In this document: positions 38,135 through 49,340 of the stretch, piece after piece | Layout of the letters: each line of letters starts with the position of its first letter | Numbering within the stretch: position 1 is the first letter of the stretch | DNA from: Halocafeteria seosinensis | Lineage: Eukaryota | DNA: 49,340 nucleotides | Assembly: GCA_001687465.1 (NCBI GenBank) | Contig: LVLI01000043.1 | Coordinates: 186,001 to 235,340 of the forward strand | Direction of reading: 5' to 3' | Program-made: the position numbers and the translations under genes | Notes under the pieces: generated by a model | What the model was told of the DNA's origin: nothing | Database searches by the model: none | Seen by the model: the letters and a program-made list of their open reading frames with translations, nothing else

Positions 38135-41100
38135 CTATTGAGTTGGGTCCCGCACCCCACTCTGGAAGGCTTCGGTTAGCAAGGGTTCAGTTTGAGTATG
38201 ACTCTTCCCGCTTCGAAGTTGCTCTGCTTCCTCCGCTGAGATTGGTCGTTTCCCCTGTTGAAGCAGATGTTCATCAAACAAGTCACACTTTTTAACCGCT
38301 AAAGCATATTGATATTTAAGATCTTCTATCTCTTCGAAAAATTCAGCGTCAAAGGCTTCCAATTCACTGCGAAGATTGCTGTTTTCTTCAAGCAGTTCAT
38401 CTCTTTCCCTCCTCAGCTCTGTGTTATCTGCCAAGCGTTCGATACGTTCGGTGGCTTCATCGAGCTTTTCTCGTAACTCCTGTTCGCGGCGTTGCAATTT
38501 AGATATCTGTTGGTTCTTCGACTGTAGCTCTTTCTGGGCCCCTTCCAGCTCTTGCTGTACATGTTTCTGGGAACGCGATGATTCTTCATGTTTCGATTCC
38601 TTTTCAGATTCTCCCTGTTTCTGCTTCAATCTTTCCTGCAGTTTCGACGCTTCACGTTTGTACCGCTCTGCCGATTTCTGCTCCGTTTCTTCTCGGTGTT
38701 TCGCCCTTTCCAATTGTTGTTTCTGTTTCTCAACAACTCGCTTCAATGCCGATACAGTCTCTTCAAGTTGTTGTTCTCGTCTATGAGAGCTTCCGCCGGC
38801 TTCCGAGCCTGTTTTCTTCCTGGCATGAGTATGGAGGGGATCTGACTGGTTTTTGTGTCCTTCTACTAGCTGAGCAATTGCTTCTGCTTCTTTTAAATGC
38901 TGTGTGAGACGGTCTTCTTTTTGTTTAGCTTCTGCTAATTCGAATCGCATTTCTAGAATACTGGCGTCCTTCGAAAGTACTGACGATTCCATCTCATCTG
39001 TGCGCTTCTGCAAAGATCGTACTTCTTTACGCAGCGCTGCTTCGCGGGTAGCCAATCCCTCCTCCAATGACAAACGCGATTCTTCAGAAAGGCTCTGTAG
39101 TCTTCGATGTACTTCATCTGTGTTCCACGCTTCCTGAGACTCACCACCAAACTGGACATTAATTACGTTAAGCAGCTGCTCCAGCCGTTGCTTTGCTTCA
39201 TTCGCCTTCTTCTCCCATCTGCTAGCACGCTCCCTCTCCATGTCAACTTCCTTGTTCAATTTCTCCACTTGGTTCGCCAGCTCTCCTTCTGCTTTGGTCT
39301 TCAATTGCGATATCTGTTCTTCCGCCTCTTGTAGCTGGTGACGTAGCTGTCCCATAGATTGAATATTCTCAAGCAAGGATTGCTTTCCTTCTTCCTGCTC
39401 TTTTTGTTGAGATGATAGATTTGATAGTTTCTTCTCCATACGCGCATTTTCTTTCCTCGAGTTCTCTAGACTCTTTTGTAAGCTATTCACGCTTTTCTGC
39501 AGCTCGCGAGCTTCCTCGTTTTTCTGATTCAACTGCGTAGATAGTTGCTCTAACTTCCTTCGAAGCTTTTTCTCCACATCCACTTTCCTTCTTGATTGCT
39601 CTGCCTCTTCTGTTGTTCCTTTCTTGGTTTCTGAGCGTGCCGTACTCTCTGCAGGTCGTGATTGCTCCTGAGACTGGCCGGACGCAGATCGTAAGGCTGC
39701 GTTCTGGGCCTCCAAAATTTTATTTCTCCGACGAAGCTCTTCAATGTCTTTCCTCATTTGTCGTACTGCCGGGGCCACTTTATTTATGTCCTCAACCGCT
39801 GGTGTGGACTCTTGTTCCTTTTTCTCTTCCAGAATAACGCCATCCGCTATAAGCTCCGACATTGCTTGCTGCCACCGAGCTCGCTCTCGATTCAGTTGTT
39901 TCTGAACAGACGATAGCTCGCTGTTCAACTTCTTAACTTCGTTCCATGCGCGGGATGCGGATTGTTCATACTCCTTGGCACTCGTTTCAGCATTCTCTTT
40001 ATCGCGTTGGTATTCTCTCACGCTAGACTGTAACTTCGACTCTTTATCCTTCAGACTATTAAGCTGTTGTTTGGCACTTCGGAGGCGCTGTTCTAAAGAA
40101 GACACTGTCTCCCGATTGGATTCCTCCTCGGTTGCCTGACTTTCACGACGGGAGGCTAGTCGACTGCCTGAACCCGTTTCAGTATCTCCTGGGGTATCCT
40201 GCGCTTTCCTAAATTGCTGACCTCGGCTCGATGCATGGCCCTTTTCTAGGCGTTCAAATTCAGCTTTGAGGGCCAGTAAGCTACTTTGAAGAGCTTTGAT
40301 TTTTGAGTCCTTGTTTGATATCTGCTGTCGCAACGACGATATCGTGCTTTGAACTTCCCCCTCAGATATATCTCCTCGAAGTCTTTCGAGCTCCTCGCGA
40401 GCTTTCTTGGCATCCTCTTCCGCCGACTGTTTGTGGCTCTCTGCTTCTTTCAATTTCTCATCGTAGCTGTTCAATTGTTTCTTTAGATCATCAACTTCCT
40501 TTTCACGAGATATCAACGTTCGGTCTAATTCATCCAGTCTCCTCCATAGATTGGCTTCCGAGCTATTATCAGAGCTCGAATCCGGGTGGAACTGCCTCAT
40601 CGCCTCTCGTAGTTGCGTGATGGCAGCTTGGCTCTGCTGGAATTCACTTTCATTGTACTGCGCGGATCGTGCGTTCGTCCGCTGCTTTTCCGCCGCCAAT
40701 TCCTGCTGGACATGCCACAATTTGTCTTCGAGTGACCGAATGTTGCGGTTTTTCGAATCAATGTCTCGCCGTAAATGATTGATAGTGCTTCTGGCCGCCT
40801 CTTGGACCTCTGTTACTTCGCTTTCCGTTCGCATCTCATTTTCATCGTAACCATCTTCGCCATCACCCTCCTTTCCGTCCGCAGAGTCAGTATTTTCAAG
40901 TTTCTTCAGCTTCTCCTTTAACCGCGGGATGTCCACTCCAAACGAAGAGAGCTTGGAGGCTAAAAACGAAATAATACGTTTCCTTCTGCGGCTCAATCGT
41001 TGGGCTTGATGTACTCGTTCATTGGTATTCTTGAGCCGTGATTCATAGTTGGCGAGCTGTTCTTCTAATGCGTTTACGCGTCCGTCCTGCTCCTTTCGCT

Positions 41101-44100
41101 GAATGTACGTGCTCGGTTCTGATTGTGAGCCCGCCGACTCATGCGGTCTAGTACTTTCTCTGAGCTCCACGTCGCGCCGCTGCTCTTGGCCTTTGTCTTC
41201 CCCAGCATTTTGAGCAATCTGATGCCGGTATCGGTCCTCCGTTCGGGCAAGCTCTGAACGCAGGCTGACTACCTCCTCTTGCAACGTTCTGATATATTCC
41301 TCGTCATTTGCACGCTCCTGTTGGAGCCTCTCCAGACTCTCTTTATTCTTTTTCGATTCTCGTTTGTATTTCAACTGAGATAGTTGCGCCGTGTGAAACT
41401 GTTCGTGGAGAGAAATTAGCTTTGTAGCAACGTGTCTGCTCTCTCCGCCACCTCTCATGGATCCCCCTTTAGATGTCGTCTTCAGGTTCTTTTGAGTAAA
41501 CTGCTCCAAAAGCTGCTTTGTTTCTCTATTAGATTCATACTCATCCGAGGGAAGAGGAATTCCGAGTTCATCCGGTTTCTTTCCTTCCAGAACGGACACG
41601 ACGTCTCGCAGTGAATGTATGAGAGATTTGTTATCTAACTTGATTGCTTCAAGGGTTTCTTGAGATAACTGTTTTTGTTGCTCACTCTCTTTTGCTTCCG
41701 CGCGAGCACGCTCAAGGTTTTCACTTAGTTCACGGATAGCACGTTGGAAATACTGAGCCTGAGACAGTGACATTGAGCTAGCTTGAGAGTCACCTTTCCG
41801 TTGAGACGTAGACGATGCATCCGTTGACTGATATCCAGCACGCAGTCGTTCCACTTGTCTCATTAGCGCAATTTCTCGCACTCGTGAGTCTTCTAGTTTA
41901 TTGTATGACTCAGAGGAAACCTGATCTGCAGCCGTCTCGAGAGCCTGCAGAGCCACACGAGTGCGGTTCAGAGCAGCCTGAGAAAGCTTGTAACGACGCA
42001 AAAACGAAGCATAGCCGGAACGAGTATGCCAAAGCTCCTGCTGTAACTTAGCAATGGTAACGGTATCTTCGTCACAAGAGCTACTCTTGTCTCTGAGGTT
42101 TTGCAGCGCAGTTTCGATCTCCGATTCTTCTTCTTTCCTTCGCTTCAGTAGGGCCTCAGTCGAGACGGCTTGATCACTGGCGATATCAGCTAGCTTTTGA
42201 TATCTCAGACATTCGATCTCTAGCTCTTTGACTCTATCCTCTAACTGATATACTCGAGCATCCAGACTTTCTTTCTCCTCTTTTGTAAGACCGTTTTCGT
42301 ATTTGTTGCGGAGTTCGGTATATTCCTGCCTCACTCTTGCGAGATTCTGCTCTTTAGATGCATTGTCATTCTTTAGACGACCAACATCTTCGTGACTCTC
42401 CTTCAACGCTTTGTAAAGTTCATTAACACGCTCTTCCATGACTTCTGCTTTCTTCCCAGCTGCGCTCGCTGTAACTCGCTGAGCTCCTGCTTCTCCTTCC
42501 CACCGGGCGATTTCAGCTAATAGATTGCCTTGCTCCTGTGATTGACGCTGGGCATAATTCTCGGTGCCCGCCGCCGCACTCTTATCCTCGGATCCCTGCA
42601 GTTTTGTCCGCAATTCCTCTATCTCAGCAGTGTAATTCTTACAAAGAGCCTTTTGCTTCTCCAACTCGGTAGACAATTCCGCATTATGCGATTGAAGCTC
42701 CTGGAGTTTAATTGAGTCATCACGCACGTTGTTCCAATGGACGCGAAGATCGGCTTCTTCTGCGAGGAGACGCGAATAGTCTTCCCGTAGTTGATGTAAA
42801 CGCCGTGATACAGCCACGTAATCCTCTTCGGGAACCCATTCCGCGCACAATTGACTCTGGAATAACAAACGATTTCAGTGGGGACAATGCAGAGTAGAAA
42901 AGCAATAAGACTTCTTACCAACCGATTGAGCCGTGCCTCAGCCCCCTTTTTCCAGAGTTCCAAGTACAAGATGCGTTGTTGCAAGGAAGTGTTGACCTCA
43001 ATTACCGACGCTTCAGCCACACGCCTTGACTTATTGGCTTCCTTTATCTCATGTTCTAGTAGTTTTACCTTCCTCTTCAAAGCGGGTGTGGTCGCTTCGT
43101 ATTGCGCAATTTTTCGAGTCAATTTACGATTCATGTCTCGCAGGGAATTCTTTCTTTCTTCCTCCGCGGTGGTCGTATCACTATCTAAGCGGTCTATTTC
43201 CTTAAGCGTCTCGGATTGTGATTTCAAAGCCTCCATTTCTTCTTTTGATTTTTGCTCACTTCTGCAACACCAAAGCACATTTCAAACCGCTGTAAAAACG
43301 GAAATGTTACGGTGGTTATTGATTAGACCTACTCTTTGGCCGTCTTAAGTTGATCACTCCACTGCTTCTCTTTAGTAGCATATGTTCTATACAGCAGAGA
43401 CATTTGAGTGGCTATCCGCTGAGCCGATGACTTGTATTGATCAACTACATTAGCCAAGTCGCCCGTCTCATCCTGTCTGAGAGCCAACTGTTCCAATGAG
43501 CGAAGTAAAGCAGCAGTCATGGATTCGACCTCATCGGCCCATTCGCTGGGTGGCAGGGATGACTCTTCCTGAGCCTTCTTCAAAAGCGTCTTCGTTGCAG
43601 GACTCATAAACCCAGGATCTTCGGCAGCCCGTTCTTGGGGAGCTTCTTGATCTTCCTGCCTTCGTTTCGAAGGCGTTTCTTCCTTTTGAGGTACATCGGC
43701 AGAACCTTCCATCTGATCGGGAACATCTACTGTAGGACGACTTTGAGTGATCTCCTGCTGCAGCGCTTCTTGTAGTCTTTCCATGAAAGGCAGCACATTT
43801 TCCACAGGCATACGAGCTTTGCTGCCTCTCTTTCGACTTTCCCACCTCAAGTTTGTTACTAGGGTATCCACTTCTTCTTTCCATCTTTTGGTCTCCCAGA
43901 CACCGGTGAGTGGTCTCTGGGATGCTATAACGTGGACGCTGCTGTCGCTACTGCTGCTACTGTCACCGGATTTATCCTTCGAGGTAACAGTAGTTGACCC
44001 CGTAGTAGTGGTCGTTGACGACAGGGAAACGGTAGTTGTGGTCGACTGCGTTTGTGGTGGTGGTGTATGCGTCGCACTGGGAGCTTGCTGTTTATGCCGC

Positions 44101-46350
44101 TTCTCTTGACGCTCACGGGAGGCTTGCTTGCGCAGTAGATCTTTGAGTTCCTGGAATTGTTTCTGAGGGACATCCTTCAAGTATTTCCATAGCTGCTCAT
44201 TGTCTTTTTTCATTTGCCCGAGTTCTTTCAAAATTTCTTCGTCTTTCTTTCTGGCTACTTGTTCCACCTCCTCTCTTGCCCCTGGCTTGTTTGCAGACGC
44301 AACAGTGGCAGTCTGAGAGACGGAGACAGGTGCTTCTTGTGTACGATGTCTGGTTCGCCATTCAGTTTCCGATGTGACTTTTCCACTACGAAGGCTGTCA
44401 GCAAAACGGTGTACTTGATCGATCTGCTCCGCTGTGAGGTCTTGTGAAAAGAGCGCGTCCTCTCCGTAGCGTCGCGCATTCTCTCTCAGGTATGCATAAA
44501 GCTTTAGGATCCATTCTTGTAAGTCATTTACCTGCTTCTCGAGAACTTGGTTGTCCATCTTGTACTGCTCAACCAAGCTAGCATGTTTTGCCATCAAATC
44601 GCTAGAATCGTATATGTTGAAAATATCGACGTCGTCGCCTTTACCAGCTTCGCGTGCCAACTCGTAAGCAATGTCATGTAACGTATTTGCCCTGCGAAAT
44701 AGAGTCACATATCGACGGTTCTCGAACGCTGTTTGACTTCGTTCTAGCATGTTTGTGACCTACGTTTGCTCATATTGTGTTAGGTCATCCTGCAATTTGT
44801 CCATATCTTGACGTAGGCTTGCATTCTCTTGCCTTAAGCTCTGAAGTTCTTGGGCCATTCCCTCAGTTCCATGACTACGTTCGTACACAGCCTGAATTGG
44901 ACAGAGTACTTCGTTGATCACATCGTCTATAACGACAACTCAGGGGAATCCTTACATTGCGATGTTCGACTTCCTCAAGGCTCGCCTGCGTTTCTTTAAG
45001 TTGTTCTTCCAAGTCTTTGTACCGTTGCCGTTCTCGATCAAGTTCAGTTTCTAGATTTTTCATGCGAGAAAGTTGTTTCTGCATTTGCTTTCGTTCATAT
45101 TGGCGCCCTTCTTCGAATGAATTGTCCCGAGCCTCTTCCAGCTGATTGATGCTGGCAGTTAGCTGGCGGATCTCCCTCGTTGCATTTGCAGCTTCTTCAG
45201 CAAGTTCATCTCGTTCGGAGGTGACGTCGTCTACCTCCCTTTGTAACCGCGTCAACTCTTCTTCGTCTGATTTGGGGCGCACAACTTGGGACTCCTGACT
45301 TCGAGGTTTTCTCTTGGAGGCTTCGCGCTCATATTTTTTGACCTCTTCTTGTAGTTGCTGGTTCTCTTCTTTCAATGTTTCAACTTGCTTGGACATAGCA
45401 GCTTCTTTTTCTTTAAACGACTCGAGATCTTCTTCACGCGACTTCTTCAGCTCTTCATACTCCTTTTGTAGATCCTGCACAAGACGAAAGCACCCATGGA
45501 TAGGTGACCAAAGACAAAGACGAGACAAACAATTACACAGAAGCATACGTTATATTCCTCCTGATACTCTGCCAGCTGTGATTCATATTGCTGTTGCAGT
45601 TCATCCCTCTTGCCTTCAGCCTCTTCATTTTCTTCTTTTAATTCCGCAATTTCCTGTTACCACATATACACCCCGTAAAGGGTATCCCTTTTCATACCGT
45701 TGTATACGGCTGATTAGAAGCCAACGTACTCGTTTCCTGATTTCAAGTTCTTCGTGTAATACTGGAACTTCTTCCTGAAGTCGTTTGGCCTCGTTGGTCC
45801 TGGAACATGAAACCCATTCGACAATAGCAGTGAATACGATCCTTTTGATTCGGGACACGATAAAGCGACTTACCAATGTCGTAATTCTCCAATGGCATTG
45901 GAAGACACTTGGGATTTATCCTGAACCCTAGTCTTGCTTTCCTGCAGCTCTTGCGTCTTTCTGTGACCATCCCAACCAAGCAAGTCAGACATCCTTTATC
46001 AGCAGATGGATAATGCTGAAGAGTACGTACTGCTTTAATTCCTTCCGTAATCGCTCCACTTGCTCATCGGACGTCTCTAATTGCTCCTTGGTGTTTTTCA
46101 AGTCCTGCTGCGCTTTCTCTTTCTCCCGTGCTTCCTGGTCCCTCTGCTCCTCCAGCTGGCTCACGCGCGCGTCCAAGGTATCCTTCTCGCCACGGAGAGC
46201 CTCCAACTCATCCTCTAATTCATCGTAATCGGCCTGTAAACGCTCAAATGAGTCCTCATCGACGTCCTCTCCCTCACTGCTTACCCTGTCGGCTTCATCC
46301 ACTAGGCTATCTCCACCCTCCACACTGCCTCTCCGAGGCCTTCGGCTCAT
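38135..46350 (-). CDS. CEP290: Centrosomal/transition-zone protein CEP290, 9 exons, ~2550 aa
   Basis: Long coiled coil with the CEP290 hallmark C-terminal motif LEAFDAEFFEEIEDLKYQY and the internal LQQRILYLELWK. Inferred exons 46350-46031, 45960-45874, 45799-45730, 45653-45549, 45474-44956, 44891-44764, 44691-43333, 43261-42919 and 42856-38135 (introns 62-76 nt) join in frame. Confidence 0.85.
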
Positions 46351-47232
46351 TGTTGGCGTACTATAGGGTGTATCGTATGCGGTCTACAGCCTCGAATGTC
46401 TCTCAAAACGGGGGTCGGCGTCTCGTCTTGTTTGAAATACGAAAGGCGTTAACGACGTCGACGAAAAGATTGACATGTTAAAAAGATTGTTCGATCCGCG
46501 TCGAAATTGGACGGTCGAATTGAGACTCTTTGAGAACAGGAACTCAAATCTAAGCCCTGGTAACATCAACAATCAACAGTGTGTAGGTTCCCCGAAGGCG
46601 CAGTGCCTGTTGGCAGCCACAAAGCACCGGAAAATTGCTGACGACTGAGTACAACCTCTACTGCCCGATCAATGGACGCCCTCAGCTCATCGTATGTCCA
46701 GTCGCCGCTTATTTAGACAGTTTAGACCAAAACGAAATTTCTGACTAGCGTTTATCGTTCGTTAATACCCTTTATCGGCCAAGGATTTCCTATACAAAAT
46801 GTTGCGTACACGTACGTCTATGGTGGTACGCGTTCTTCGAACCCTTCAAATAACAGTTATTTTATACATGTACAGTATACATGTATATTTGTGTACCGTA
46901 CCAGAGGGTTTTAGAATTTGGATGAATAAAAACGGGTTTTTGCCAGCAACGCGGTAGTTCCCGCCAACTTGAAGCAGCTGTCGTAGGAATTCTGACATCA
47001 CCAAGTCTTTGCCAATCGGCAACCAGCCAGTTGTACAGTATTTGAAGAGTAGGGCATCCATGCACACGGAAAAATGGACGTGTGGAACACCAGTGCCAGT
47101 AAGCTTCTGAATATCAAGGTATCATAATACCTCTTCCTCAAAGTTAATGCGAATGAACGATCCATAACGCTCGAAGAATGTCTTATTCATAGCGCGGTAC
47201 TCGAACAGAAGTCACCGGCCCTTGAAATACAT

Positions 47233-48156
47233 TTATCTCCAGGTCGCCGCCGGGTTCGTCGTTGACGTGTATGGAGACAACACGAACTTGTCGCCAGAAT
47301 GCCAACTTAGCACCCGCCAATTTCTATCTATCGACTCATTTAGCGCAACGTACAGCACTAGCGCCAGAAAGATGGACAGGAAGCAAGCAATCAAAAGTAC
47401 AAGAACGATCCGGTCGCTAGAGGCAGGCAACAGTGGTGCGCGGTGAACGATCCAAGACGTTTCATCTCGTTGTACGAGTACTAGCCGCTGTCCTGGATAC
47501 ATAAATATCGCAATGAATAAAATAATGAGAGGAAAGATCAGAGCGAAACTCATGGAGCTTGAATAGTTGAACCCATTTACGGATTGGGCGAGGGTAATGA
47601 CCCATGTAACCCAAATGCAAAAATATACTACCAGGTAGGCAGCCAATGAATTTCCACCGGGCTCAGTTTGCCTTGCTTCTACAAAAAGGTAAGCGCCTGT
47701 CATAATCATCCAAACGAGATAGAGAACCGCGGCGTATCTTGCTGCATTCCAGTCCTGGCAGTCCTCATAATATTCGCGGCTGTAGCTATATTCATCTTGG
47801 CAGCTGTCGATAGCCTCAGGTACTGCAGCCATTTGAATTCCGGTTTGGATAATCAATAGCACCATGACAAGGATACCAACCGCCACAGGACGTGCACAGC
47901 GTATACGGAGAATATACGCTTTGGCTTTCATCGACAACTCTGAGTTATCCGTCTGTGTCGGGGGCGCCACTATCTCAGTGTTCATAACTACAGCAGGCTG
48001 TAATCGAACTGGTACGACAGCTACTTCTCCCTCGTTATTGATGGGAACATGCTCAGGGTCTGCTGTCTGTTTTACTTGGGTGTGCTGTGGAGCACCACAC
48101 TTGCCGCAAAACCTGTCCTGCTCCTCGATCGCGCAACCGCAGTTGCGACAAAACAT
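47233..48156 (-). CDS. Zinc-ribbon (CxxC-x10-CxxC) domain, multi-pass membrane protein, 307 aa
   Basis: N-terminus MFCRNCGCAIEEQDRFCGKCGAP, about 5 hydrophobic segments, intron-free ORF. Confidence 0.75.
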   Translation of the reverse strand: MFCRNCGCAIEEQDRFCGKCGAPQHTQVKQTADPEHVPINNEGEVAVVPVRLQPAVVMNTEIVAPPTQTDNSELSMKAKAYILRIRCARPVAVGILVMVLLIIQTGIQMAAVPEAIDSCQDEYSYSREYYEDCQDWNAARYAAVLYLVWMIMTGAYLFVEARQTEPGGNSLAAYLVVYFCIWVTWVITLAQSVNGFNYSSSMSFALIFPLIILFIAIFMYPGQRLVLVQRDETSWIVHRAPLLPASSDRIVLVLLIACFLSIFLALVLYVALNESIDRNWRVLSWHSGDKFVLSPYTSTTNPAATWR

Positions 48157-48484
48157 GATCCCTATCCTAGATTTTTTTATGTTCTGGTCTGGACTTCATT
48201 TCACAATCAAAGAAAGGTCACGGCGTATACAGCATGCACCGAGAGATGAGCGTGTAATAACCCTGACCGTATAACTTACCGGTACAAGTGATGGTTGCGA
48301 ATACGAGGTATAGCGTCGCTATCAACTGCTTGGTGAAAACGCTCAGTACGTTGACCGTAATGCGCCAATAAAAAGTTCAATATTGCGAGCTTGTTCGAGT
48401 CTTTGACGGTCTAGACTCCAGGCTCACGGGCACGCTCCTGCACCAGCAAACACTTCAGACCGATGTACCGCACGCTAATAAGAT

Positions 48485-48503
48485 AGAGAGAGAGAGAGAG
48501 AGA
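48485..48503. repeat. (AG)9 microsatellite
   Basis: agagagagagagagagaga. Confidence 0.95.
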
Positions 48504-48694
48504 AGGACAGCAAATATCTCAAGCTGGCAAGGGAGACAGAGAAGCTCTTTATTCCATTCGTTTACTGAACCTACGGAGGGATAAAAGCGCTTGTACGTTT
48601 GTGGAATAGGGCCGTCTATTCTCAGGGTAACGGATCCCGATCTGTTTTTTCTCAGGGATCTTCGACTGCGCCTAAGCTGTCTGCTGCAGAGGAG

Positions 48695-49250
48695 CTATTG
48701 TAGGATGTTGCGCAAGTGATTGCATTTAGTGACGCCAATACAGTGTACCAGTGTAGGTATGAGGCCTCGACTAACGGGCAGTGCCGTCGGACACTTCCTA
48801 TAGTTCAAGTTGAATAACATATCCTTGCTCTGAGTCAGTTGTTCTGTCTTGGTGAGGACGTGAGCGCAACGGCTAGTGAATACCACCGCGTTCAGCATTT
48901 TCCGTTCCATGAAGTGGTAAGCCGCAGACAAGAGCATACAAACAAGATACAAAATTGCGGTGTATCTTGCTGCCTCATAATCCTCGTAATTCTCACCATA
49001 GCCGTGTGGGATTATGCCCGGCAGCTGCAGGTGGGCAGCATGAGCGGTGATGCGTGCATTGTTTATGGCCTACCGTCTAAGTGGGAATGTGGCTCAGGCA
49101 TGGCTCCTCCCCCGATGCCCCCTGAGCAAAAACAGTGTCGTTTTCCCTCACGGCGCACGTCAGCAAGACTGTAGGAACAGCGGGCCCGTCGCTGCTTAAC
49201 ACGGGCGCATACAGTACCGCTCCTCGTTAAGAGGATGCGGTCAATTCCCC
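48695..49250 (-). pseudogene. Decayed tandem paralog of the zinc-ribbon membrane protein
   Basis: Reads AARYTAILYLVCMLLSAAYHF versus AARYAAVLYLVWMIMTGAYLF in the intact gene. DNA gcggtgtatcttgctgc (48957) matches gcggcgtatcttgctgc (47729). Flanking similarity is broken by stops and apparent frameshifts. Confidence 0.6.
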
Positions 49251-49272
49251 GGCCGGTGCGCTATCTGTCACA

Positions 49273-49274
<2 letters not shown>

Positions 49275-49339
<65 letters not shown>
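49275..49339. repeat. (TG)32 microsatellite at the window end
   Basis: Perfect TG run from 49275 to 49339. Confidence 0.97.

Positions 49340-49340
<1 letters not shown>

Noticed and set aside
38135..46350. Separate ORFs as independent myosin/SMC-like genes or a frameshifted pseudogene
   Set aside because: All join in frame through canonical 62-76 nt introns into one CEP290-sized protein.
49275..49340. Terminal TG run as a telomere
   Set aside because: Simple dinucleotide microsatellite, not a TTAGGG/TTTAGGG-type repeat; more likely an assembly break.

Overview
Compact, roughly GC-balanced eukaryotic DNA from a flagellated protist. The lineage cannot be fixed from sequence alone, and a stramenopile/SAR-type affinity is only an inference. 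Introns are short GT-AG, mostly 62-87 nt. In order, the window holds: (1) a 5'-truncated, intron-free axonemal outer-arm gamma-type dynein heavy chain; (2) a convergent, intron-free 13.1-kb gene for a ~4370-aa single-pass surface protein made of seven ~400-aa GLUG-like beta-helix modules, a mucin-like stalk, a REJ (polycystin-1-type) region and a degenerate GPS-like segment; (3) a possible mobile-element relic; (4) IQUB; (5) cyclin A, with a TTTGAA (CHR-like) cluster upstream; (6) a very palindrome-dense tract upstream of a BTB/KCTD-domain gene; (7) a small orphan gene; (8) CEP290; (9) a zinc-ribbon membrane protein with a decayed tandem paralog; and microsatellites. The most novel-looking items are the giant GLUG-REJ receptor/adhesin sitting among ciliary genes and the packed palindrome arrays in promoter-proximal DNA. 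Exon boundaries were inferred by hand from splice signals and reading-frame continuity.
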